A DNA stretch of 64,000 nt from Convolutriloba macropyga (lineage: Eukaryota), in assembly GCF_964194025.1 (NCBI RefSeq), contig NC_134473.1, positions 49,600,001 through 49,664,000 on the forward strand, in the 5' to 3' direction. The notes beneath the pieces are model-generated. The model was not told the origin of the DNA, did no database searches, and worked only from the letters and a program-made list of their open reading frames with translations. Position 1 is the first letter of the stretch. Every line of letters starts with the position of its first letter. Position numbers and translations under genes: made by a program. This document shows, in pieces, positions 14,201-26,200 of the stretch.

Positions 14201-17200
14201 ATTTTTAAATTAAACAAAAAAAATTTCTAAATTAACGTAACAAGTTGACGAAATAGGATGAAACTAGTCTTCCAACTTGTTCGTAGTGGTATATCAAAAT
14301 TGTAGTATTTTATTTTCCTCGCGCAAGATTGACTCTCTAATTTGATTATAGAATCATATTTGAATCAACTTTCCGCAAATGACTTTTCTCTGCTCCTATC
14401 TCACAATTGCCACATCTGAACCTATTCGCTAATCATAGACGTATACAACACCTGAGTAACTGGTAGACTTCATTCTTGCATGTATTTTACAGAAATTTAG
14501 AAAAAAAATTTTCTACCTATTTACAAAAACTTAATCTTTTTTTCATTATTTGAAGTGAACGCACATTACGGACCCCTAAAGAATTTTAGTTAAACCGGAC
14601 GTCCTATCAAAATGATGCCACTCGAATTGCGCAAGCACCAAAATTTTTGTGTCCGAAGTAAAGAGGTTGAAATACATTTTTTCGTTCTTTACTCAAGTGA
14701 CTGCCTTTTTGTTTGCTATGTTTTGATTTGAGCTACTTATTTATTCAATTAAAGAAAATTTTTACTAATTATCTTTCAAATACTTTTACGGTTACTGTTG
14801 ACTGAAAAGAATAGTCATTCTGCGACCAACGTAGAGTTCAAATTCTGAAGTCACAAGAAACATGGGGAACAAAAATAGATTAAAAAATCAATTAATTTTC
14901 TTTCCCGCCACATTGTTTTTCTTTCTTTTTTTGGTCAAAATTATCCAATATTTGGTCAGTTATGCTACAAAAACTATCAAATTTTCAGTTGACATAAAGT
15001 AGGTGAATTTGAAAATCAGCATAGGTCCCCGTAAAGTTAAAATTATGTTACACGGTTTCTCTTTCTTTAATTAAAAAATGTTAGAATTTCCTCATCTTAG
15101 TTGTCAAATCAGACAGTTTATGACTATAAAGCCCTCATTTGGGCGCAATCGAGAGTGTTCGAGGGGTCAGCGAACAAACCAAATAGATAAAGAGAACTTT
15201 TCAGCTTTATTTGTCTCTGATATCTTTTTGTCACGGTAGCTTTCATGTTTATATTGTTTGTCCCAGTTGTTGAATCACATACATCTTCTGGCAAATAGAA
15301 AAAGAGGACCTAAATCAAAAGCAATGAGTATTTTGAAAACATTATTCAAGGTTTCGAAGAAAAAGTAAATGAAAAAAGTTTCTTCTGTTTTTCTTTTTGG
15401 TATAGTTTTTGATAATCTGTTCAAAAAGTCAGTGAAATTTTCAACTCCAAAGCTCTATAAAGTTCTTCTGCTTGGTTTGAGTGAAAATATACTGAATTTC
15501 TTATACTCAGGATTAGCGTTAAATTGTTACTAAGAGGAAGAGAACGAACTAGCAAAAAGTAAATAAATATATTGTTTTTTTGTTTTTTGAAAAATTTTAT
15601 TTGGAAGGAACTTTTCTCTTTTTTTTCTGTTTCCAAATAAAATTTTGTAATCAAATATAGTTTTATTTTTTAAATTTGTTAACAATTATTCTGGCATTTA
15701 TATTTCTGATTTATTATATTTTAGTTTATTTTCCTCCCCATCACCCTTTTTCTTTTCCCAATTTTCCTTTCCTTTTCCTGTTTTCATTTGAAATTTTTTG
15801 AAGAACTCTTTTTTGCAACTTGCTTTATAACTTTTAGTTTCTTTATAAATAAAAAAAAGTCGTCTGCAGAGTCGTCTGGAGAAAGCGCTAGGACTGCATA
15901 AATCTCGACAATAGTCCTTATTGAGCTCAATTAGAGGTTTCAGCTTTCAGTTTTTCAAGAGTTGATGGTGAATACACGATTAGCAGAGAAAAATTTTCGA
16001 TGACACGAAGGTCTGATAAGGAATCATTTTGGTCTGAACTGGCGCGATGAGAGATCAGTTAGGTCTGGGACAGTTCTGATCAGAAGTCTTTTCTTGGATC
16101 TTTTTCGTTTGTACCTCCCACTAGATTATGCTTCCACCAGTTACAGAGTATGCACCATTACATAGTAAATCCTTATGTAAAAATATGGCACGTACCTCTG
16201 CAAATAATACACACCCAGTAAGCCGGGGGGCACAAACGGAAAAGATCCTATTTTTTAATTCTGGGACCTCATCCTGGAAAATTTTTTTGAAGAGCTTATT
16301 ACTATCTTTTGCTGACTCCACAACGACAGTTAAATTTTTAAATAAGTTGCACGTGCTTGATAGCTGCTCTTTTAAAAAAGAAAAACTGCTCAAAATTGTA
16401 AACTGTGAACCAAAGTTTTAATGTTACAAATTGGGACTGCAACTTCCAGAATTTTCCATTAATCTACCTATTAATAGGTGAAAATTGCCTGGCGAGTGAC
16501 AAAACAACACACATGAGCCAAGTAACAATCCACCAGCAGAGTTTTAACAACCCCCAAAGTGTTTTCTAATACTCTTTGGGGGTAGTCATCCAGTAAAATC
16601 GGCCTCCCTTGGGAACGTTTGAGACGGGGATGTACTTCGTTTTAAACCGAAGTTAAATTCACGAAGTTCAAGGTTATCATAGTTTGCTAAAGAACTGAGT
16701 TTCAAGAACAAAGCAAAAGAACATCAGATTGAACGGGTCAGTCGACAAGAGATCTTGGCATCACTTTTTCGCCAAACTTTTTCGTGGACTTCAACATTGA
16801 CATTGGTTTTATTGATGTTTTGTTTGAATTCATTATTTACATTGGGTCAAATAAAATAGTACATTAAGAAGATTTCAATGAATCAACAAAAATTAAAGTT
16901 GCATTTATTAAAGTTCAAGAATGAGATACATTCTGATTGCTGAGTGTTGTGTCACACATTAAAAATAGTCACTTTGAAATTGAAAAAAATTAAGGTAGAG
17001 AAGCTTATGTACGTGGCACGAAATTGTTCGGTATTCAAATTCACTGTAGCACAAATTTTTTGAGCACAATAAAGTTTAAAAATTTGAGTATCAGGATCAC
17101 ATGAAACTTGACTTTCCCCGAAAACTCAAAAACAGAACGAAAAAGACTTAAAAAACAGAACGGAAACTCATTTCGAACTGTCATGTTACCTTCGACTTTG

Positions 17201-20200
17201 ACCTCCACATTGTCAACTTGTTTGTATGCTTTGGATGCGTCTAAAGTAAAAGTACTCTCCAAATCCTCCACCCCTTTCTGAAGTCCCACTCCGTAACATT
17301 TGATCAGGGTACCGGCTGAACCCACGTTGAATTCAAATGGTCGACCTAAAATATGATTCCACTTTATTTGAATGAAACAGTGTACTGAGATAAAACTCCA
17401 AACAGTTAAGTAAAAGTGGAAGATGTTAACCCAGGTTGAGTTGCCAGGCAGAAACTGGTATGCCCCGACCGTCCCAGACAGAAAGATCTTCTGCTCAGAA
17501 TTTCGTGCGTTAATGTTGAGACTTTTGTGCGTTCGCCAGACTCTCGTGCGCTCACGAGATTTTGCGTGTTCATTTTCAGTTTTTGGTGCATTTATGAGAC
17601 TTTCGTGACTTGACAAGATTTTGTGCGTTTATGTTCACACTTTCGTGCGTTCACCAGATTATGTGTTCTCATGTTCAGACTTTCGTGCATTTACAATACT
17701 TTCGTGAATTGACAAGATTTTGTGCATTTATGTTCAGACTTTTGTGCGTTCATGTTCAGACTTTTGTGTGTTCACCAGACTTTCGTGCGTTCACGAGACT
17801 TTCGTGACTGGACAAGATTTTGTGCGTTTATGTTCAGACTTTCGTGCATTCAAAGTCAGACAAACTGCAATAACACATAACGTATTTACTTAAAATTAGC
17901 ATATTTTATTCACTTCGCTTATACATCCTCAAAATAATTAACTGGTTAGTAGAGTTTTGAAAACTTTTGCACTCAATATTTTGCTATTTTTTTAAACTGA
18001 AGTGAGTTTGGCTTTCAGCATTAAACGCTGCCACCTGAGTGAGTATTCTGGAGTAAGAACGCTATAAGTGATCTGATGGATGTTATTTTTTTAACAAGAC
18101 GGAAAAAAATAGTGCGTTCAAATCCGGACATATGTGCGTTCATGTTCAGACTTTCGAACGTTTTTCAATGTTTCCAGACTATGTAGTTTTGAACTCACGA
18201 CGCCCCCTTCGCGCGTTCATCCTCGGTCTGAACGATCTTCCGTCTGAGACCTCAACTTGGGAATCCAAAATAAGAAGACAACCGGTATTTTCAAGTATAA
18301 TTTACAGTCAGTTATATAAAAAAAATGAAAAAAAAACATTAAACTTTCATTCAATTTCAAATCGCAAAGGAAAATTTATTTTAGAATCGTTTCAACACAA
18401 GCAAAAAAGTTGCGCTTGCTTGAAAAACATAGCAAAGGTGTTTTAAGAACTCAAAATAAGTTCTGATCTTTTACCAAAATAGCAGCCAAAACAAAGGTGT
18501 ATTAGTAGGCGTCCACTAATCGTAAAATGCAAAGAACTTATCGGCAGTGTATAAACACTTTAGGTGAGGAAATTTTAAATTAAACCGTTTTAAAAAAATG
18601 GCCTTAAAAGATGTGTGGTGTCATTAGGCCACAGAAAGGCGATAATGGTTACAACTTTAGAGACTGTCAAATTAAATGTTACTCAAGAGCATTAGTTGAA
18701 TTTAAATTTAAGCAAAATTAAGTTTGGGAGCTAAGTATAACAGTTCAACCATGCCATCGCAACAAAACTGAAAACTTACTTTCATAAAATGAGAAAGAAA
18801 AATTACTCAAAGTAATTCGTATCCAACAAAGGTCTCATTCAAAAATATTCCAAATAAACTACTAGATTTTTTTTCACAGAATTGTGGATCCACATTAGCA
18901 AATTGTGTAATTAAGATAAGCTTTCCTATTAGAAATAATTAGTGAGCCAAATCATGACCTGAAGGTAATGAAATCAATAACTCCTGTGTACACTATTATT
19001 TACATCAAGAAAAAGTGAATATCTGTTTGTCCTGCTGGTTGTAAAATTTTATGAAGTGAAAGCTGTCATTAGTGAAAACCCTGCTGGATTAACAACCCAC
19101 GTTTTTTTTTTACAAAATTATGTTTTTGGGACTGTGAACCCATCGATTGGTTTAACATTAATCATAATGATACACCTGCTTCAATGAAAGACGGAAACAT
19201 GATTTCCACTGAAAAATATTTTCTGTGGCCACATTTTTTTGAGCCAGCGGAAACAAATAAAAAATCTGGGCAGTCAAGCAAATTCATCTGAAATTTTGTG
19301 AGCCAATTTTTGAAAGATGATACCAAAATAACCTAGATTTAAAGAAAAATTCAAAACAATGGTGTTGAGTGTTCTCATAATTTGTTTCTGAAAAATTTAG
19401 ATTTTGTTAAAAAAACTCGAAAGTATTTGAAACATCATCCATAATCCTACTTTTTTACAGCTTAAACCTTCTCTAGCTATTTTTGTGTAGTTAAAAATTT
19501 AGTTGCTCGCATTTTTGGAGATTTTGAGGACAACCTTGATAATCCTTCATAAAATTTTGAATTTTTTTGTAAAAATATACCTGTCTGAAAGTTTTTCTTT
19601 TTTTAGTATCTTTAAACCAGACACTGAGAAAATGATTTTTCACCAAGAAATTTGGTAAGAATTTTTCACCAATAACCTATTTTTTAAGTTTTCTCACACT
19701 GTTCTTACCCATTTATTTTTTACGTTTCTCTTGATTTATTTAATTCAGATTTGTCTGTTCATGTTGATACCTACAAGTAGGAAAAAGATGATTCAACTTT
19801 ACGTTCAATGGAATGGACTCGCTTTTTTTTAATTATGATAATCTTTGTTCATTGCCTAATTCTGAACTGGTTGATCAGATACGACACAGTAGTTTATTCC
19901 ATTTTTTACTGCTCTTCAAAAACAGCTGAAATCCTTCTTTTGTATCGATTTTTTTTGATATTATTATAGCTGCGAAGCTGAAAACTGAGCAGAGCTATAT
20001 TGCAGTGCTCTTGGTTTTTACGACTCGAAGAGGAGTGTAGGTTTTCTTAAGGTTTTTTTTACCGGAAGTGCTACTCGTTCAGACAATGTTTTGACCCAAA
20101 AAGAGAAAGTCAGTAAAATTGCCGTGTGGGCTAATTATTTCTGGGCGAGAGAAGTTCTTTGATCATGCGCTACGTTTAGTGAATGACTTTTTGAATTTGA

Positions 20201-23200
20201 AAAGTGGTTTTTGACTGAATGGCACATATAGATAACCGTTTTTAGCCGTATTTTGTCTAAGTGGCCCAGTTTTTATTGCATATAATTTGCTTTTCTTTGT
20301 AGAAACAATTTTTATTCGATGCTACATTGAAATGTAAACATCGGACAATGATACCGCACTGTTTTTCAGAGTCCAAAAATGGGTTCGAAGTTCAAAATTG
20401 GCACCTATTTCTTGATTCTTGAGTTTTTAGTTAATTTTTAGCTTTTTTTTTAGTAATTTCTTCATTTTTGGATCTTTCAGCCGTCTTTTTGTCAAAAATC
20501 AGTCGATATAGCAACTTCCCTTTGATAATTCATATACTCAACGCCTCTTTCTACCTCTATATAAATTTTTTTTAATAAAGTTGTACATGTGCTAATCCAA
20601 TTTTGTTTTTTTTTCTAATTTTTCTCAATTTTTTGTTTCTGTTTTTGTTTTAATTACTAGAAGTATCCTTTGTGCAACATGAGGGACTTTAATTTCTTTC
20701 AATAAAATTACAATCATTTTTCGGCGTTAAGTTTTTGAAAAACAGTTTTTTCATAAATGCAGTCTCAAAAATTTATTGAACATTTCGTTGTAAAATGATT
20801 CATTGTTTCGTATGTTTGAATTCTACTTTTCTTTTTTGTTTTTTCAGGAGGATGGATCTTTGTTTCCTTCAAAAATAAAGAATTAGTCCTTCTGTTATGG
20901 TGATCCTTTCATTGTGTCCGTATTCTTCACATTCTAATTTGTAGCATTCTAGCTTTGTCCTGGCACCTACATTTATGTTCGTCATTTTGATTATTTTCAG
21001 TAGTTAAAAATTGAATGATTTCAAATTTTTCTTAGATTTTCGTCTTTTCTTTGGTTTCCAATTGGATTCATACAACATGAGTCAGTACTGAGAGTTTGCT
21101 AGAAAACTTTTTCCATTAATCCGCTGAATACTATTTATTGCGATTTTCTTCAGGTCTTGGTGTTGTTTTTAAACAATTTTTTGCCTTTGATTATTATTTT
21201 GTCGCTTATGGCTTTTCTATGATTAATTTGATTTTTGAATTGGTATGGTATCATCTCTACAATATATACATCAAGGAGGAAGTATGTGTTGTTTTTGCCT
21301 TAACTACAGTGATTGGAAATCTAATTGCGGTGGTTTTCTGATTCTTAAATTTTAGTATTTATTTTTGAAAATTTAACCTAAGAAAAAGTTTCTAAGATTA
21401 TTATCTGTCTTTCGCTTTCGCAATCTTTTTGAGATTAGAATCATGAATTATTTGAGGGCCATTGATAGCCCGGTTAGCTTTTTCAGCCTATCGGTATTTT
21501 GACTATATTAATTACATTTTCAATAATATAAAATTTTGCTGCATTTTGATTCTATTGGCGAGTCGTTTAAGTTTCACCAATTTTTAGATCATACCTGGAG
21601 ATATAATGAGTTAATGGTTTAAAAGAAAAGGTAATGGCTTCAGCTGCAATTATGGTTTCTTTGTTTGATGCTTTGAGTCGCTTCCGAAATTCCTCCGGCT
21701 ATTTTTTTCTATCGTCGTCTGAAGCCCTTTTTTTTCGTTTTACATTTGTTCACACCTGAAAGCTGAAAAGTCAAATTTTCTGAATGACTTCTTCCTCATA
21801 CTAACTGCTTTTGCGCGCGTGACGTCATTTCCCACTCTCTCTAGCAAAAGTTGATCATAAGTGGCTAACCTCATTCATTAAAATGACTTGAGCACTTTAA
21901 AATTTAAATTTATTTTGAATTAGTTCAATGTCAAAGGAACTCCTCTGTGTAATAATGGTCCCCAAGGAAAAGACTTCTGCGGAATGAATTTTAACAAGCT
22001 TTATTAATTTATCGCTTAATTTTGTTACATAGCTTTTTGAGTGGCGTCGATAACTTTTTCAACTTATATCTGTATCTGTTTCTATCTCTATCATACGGCA
22101 CGCAAGTCTATTATTTCGCAGCTATTCCGGCAATCTGCCGGCTATGTTTAAAATTCAGTGTGTTCTAATTTTCTGCAGAAATTAATAAAATAATGTTGTC
22201 AAACAGACCCCAACACCATTTTGTTTTCATCACTCTTAAGTACACGGGTTTGAAAGTAACTGTTTCTTTAAAAAAAAACCCTTTTTGTAGGCTTTCCTGA
22301 TTCCAATTTGAACGACATTCTTTTTCTGTCATGGATTTTTATCCAGGAACGATTGATCCGCAAACTTTACTAACCCCAAAACCACTACAAACGTTTCAAA
22401 CTGTCAGATTCAAAATTTGTGTCTCAAACGTTCAACATCTCACGTTAGCGTTGTTGTTATATTATAGCGCTTGTCATTGGGGAAAAGACTGAAATAAAAG
22501 TTTTCTCAAAAGATATGGAAGTTGGAAGTTTGCTCACAAGATATGGACGCTCGGCGGGTGCGGGTGAGGGGGAGGGGGTACGTAAAAAGATCAAATATTC
22601 AAAACCAATTTCCGACTGACCATTGATAAGTGCATTGTGCAGGTATACATATGCGAGATGAGGCCCTGGACTGGCTGTCTTGTATGCCCCCACGTATTGT
22701 CCCTGGAGACTTCCACTCTTGAGGGGCACTTTGTGTTGTGTCACATTGTGGACTATATTCACCTGAAAATCTCACTCTGACCAACAAACAGTTATAACTT
22801 TGAATGAACCTATTCTTTTTCATTTCCTTGTTCTAGTTCCTAGTGCTGCTTATGAACTTTAACTATACCCAGGTTGAGGTCCAAACCCAAATTTTCATCT
22901 GATCAGACTTTCCAGACCGAAATTGTCTCTGATGAGACTTTCCAGACGGAAATTAACCCTGATCGGAATTTCCAGACCCAAGTTACCTCTGATCAGACTT
23001 TCCAGACACATATAGTCTCTGATCAGACCGAAGGCGTTCTGATCAGACCATCTTCAGACTATGATCAGACCCAATTGCGCTCGAACCGTTTATGATCAGA
23101 CTCAAGTGAGCTCGAATGCGCTTCCAATCAGACCCAATTGCGCTCGAACCGTTTATGATCAGACTCAAGTGCGCTCGAATACGCCTATGATCAGACTTTT

Positions 23201-26200
23201 CCGACCAAATTGATCTCTGACCAGACCAATTCCAGACCATGGTCCAGACTGTGGTGCGCTCGAACTTCCGTCCAGACCCTGTAATTTCGGTGTGGGAACA
23301 CACGGGTGTGCGCTCGATTGGGTCTGATCATAAAGCAATTCGGGTCTGCACGTCAGCCTGGGTAATAATTAATTTACATATGTGCATGGTTTTTGTATCC
23401 ATTAATACAGCATTATTATGCTATGAGCAAAACTGGTCTTTAATAATGAATTTTAGGTGAAAAAAATACAAAAAAACTGCCGTTTGCCACGTTAACATCC
23501 AATGGTAATGGCTATTACTTAAACTGTTCAATAATGGTGGTATCATAGGACAACTGACGTTCTGTTTAGTATCAGCGAACAGATTTATACGTCAAACAGC
23601 TGTAAAAACGCATGAAAAAAAAAACAGAAAACACGCACCTGTAAATTAAGCAAATTAGAGTATTTCTTTTGACACTTGTTGTGCACATTCAAGTCAAGCG
23701 CAGGAAAACTTGACTCAAGTCCTTGAGTAAGTTGAAAACGGTAACCCGCAAATATGTAATCATCGAAAAAGCTGTAGCAAAAACCTTTACTGAATATAAC
23801 CCTTTGACTAAAGAACTTGTTCCCGTATATATAGAACAAGTAATTGGTGACCCCGATGCAAACAGAATCTTCTTTTACGGCCCTAAATGTCGGACTTGAG
23901 CCTCCCCACAGTTCTACATTCTGTGCTGGACACAAGACAAAGGCATCACCCAACAACTGTCACAGCAGGGACGTGATGCCCATAGACTGTGCAACGCACA
24001 AAACTCAGAACAGAAAAAACCAAAAGATTAAAGACAGAGGCCCTAAAAACAATGACAATCTTTGGGGACAAATTATTGGGTTACAGGAGTTACCCCGAAG
24101 GACGATTTTTGGGGTGTCAGACTTTACATCTCGATGATTTTTTTCTACTACGGGTCCACTGTCGTTGATCACTCGAGGTTTCAGACGTCACCTCGAGAGG
24201 TCCTGTTCCCAAAAATCAGTATTTTTCTACAGGTCAAAAAAGACAAAAAGAGAAAAAACCTAAAATTTCACCTCTTTTTATCTAAATTTGACTGCTTTTA
24301 GAAAAAAATCCTGAGACTTATACTTCTCAAAATAATTTAATGCAATGGCAACTTCTTAGTGCAAAAAATGTTTCCTAAAACCGAAAATCGACCAAAAAAC
24401 GTTGTCGAAAACAGAAATTCAAAAAAGGTTTTTAAAATTCATGGCTCGAAATTCCCATAGAATCCATTTTTCAGAGTTCAGCCCCATTTTTGAACTAGTA
24501 GCCAGTTAGCCAAAAAGGTCATTAATCGGATAAATTGAATTAGTTTTTCAGAAAAAAAAATCGACGAACAAAAATTTTTTGAAAACAGAAATTCAAAAAA
24601 TGTTCTTCAAACTCTTGACCTGATATTCTTTTAGAATCTTATTTTAATAGATCAACATCTCGTTTGAACTATTTGCAAGTGATTTAAAAAGGTTATGAAT
24701 TCGATAAATTCAATTAGCTATTCAGAAACGAAAATTGAAGAAACAAAAAAAAACGTTTTTGAAAACAGAATACCCAAAAACTTTCTTCAAATTCACGGCC
24801 TGATATTCATACAGATTTTATTATTAATAGTTCAACCTCACTTTGAACTAGTTGTTAGTGAATCAAAAGATTCATTACTTGGATAACATGATTTTCTTTT
24901 TGTAAAACGAAAATTGACGAAAAATCGTTTTTGACCAGATATAATAAAAAAAGGTTTTTGTAAACCGTCGGATTCAGATTATTATCATCGGACGAAATAA
25001 TTATATTCCAAACCAGCTCTGAAGTATTTTGTGGTGTTTTTTTAAAGAAAAAAGTCTAGCTGAAATAACTTCATTTGTCAAAAATAACTGAAAAAAGCTT
25101 GCCATCGCCGCCAAAACACAAAAAAAGAGCAAAATTTATTTTTTGCCAAATTTTTTTCGCAGGTGTCCTCGAAGTCGTTTGACCCTTTGGGTTCAGACTT
25201 CATCATACTGAGAGAAAAAAATTGAAGAAAGATAAACAGTTTCAGAATTTACCGATATTTTTTCATCCTTTACTGATTTTTTTCATCATCGAAACGGACT
25301 CCTTTTCACCAAGAGTTCTCAGACGTCTTCTCAATCGATTCTTTGAAAAAACAAGTCTTAAATGAAAAAAACCCGTCTCATGTCATGGTTTTGGAGGGCA
25401 CTAGAAGCACCACCACATCACTCAGATTGACAAAGAATTGGAGAAAAGAAAAACTTTCAGAAAAGATAAGAGTTACAATTTCTACAAAGTCTTCAAGCTT
25501 CTTGTTGCCTATAAAAATTTTTCGTCCTTTTGTGTTCTTCTCGTAGCCCTTGTTGCCTACAAGCTCTTAGGTTTTTAGCCCACACAAAAATTTGCTTCTT
25601 ATAAATTTACGGAAAGTTCTGTCAGATTTTAATCGCTTAGGTTGTACGGTTATGGTTAGGGAAGAAATGGAATATTTCTGGTATTTTTTAGGTCTGGTGG
25701 TAGGTCATTAGCTTTTGTTTGACAAGATTTGGCAGGTTTTAAAGTTTTACAAGAAAAAGGAGTATAATGTATCAATTACTTGAGTCCTGGTCTAATATTG
25801 GTTCAACTGCATAATTGTAGCAAGGCACAAATTTCCTGTCAACCAAAGTAGCCAGACAAACACAAAAATATTTTGGATTTGACAAGTCATCAAGAAGCTT
25901 GACAAGCCGAGTCAAGTGATGCCTTGAAGCCATTTGCAAATAAACTACGTTCAAACATAACCGTCATACAGACTACAAGTTCAGAAACGGATGTTGCAAA
26001 TGCTGACGCTGAAGGAAGTTTCATTTCAGTTCATGCGTTCAGACAATGAAGAAAAAACTAAGCGGCAATATCTTTTTCATTTCCGGATTGCTTGTTGAAT
26101 AAACTGACCTCTGGTTCACCTGGGCCGGCTTCTCTGAGGTCGATTGTAATGCTGACAGTCTGGCCCACATTAACGTCCTTCACCCCGCCCACCTGCACTT

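Noticed and set aside
17500-17850. CRISPR-like short repeat arrays (also 3700-3950 and 22890-23250)
   Set aside because: Degenerate tandem units without unique spacers; no cas genes; eukaryotic intron context
22874-23303. ORFs with SDQTFQT-type peptide repeats
   Set aside because: Translation of the 30-bp DNA repeats inside a MITE bounded by TIRs and a TSD
23700-24030. Protein-looking frame (…[21 protein letters not shown]…)
   Set aside because: Contains stops, and 'IGDPD' is the translation of the tRNA-Trp PBS; better explained as LTR plus leader
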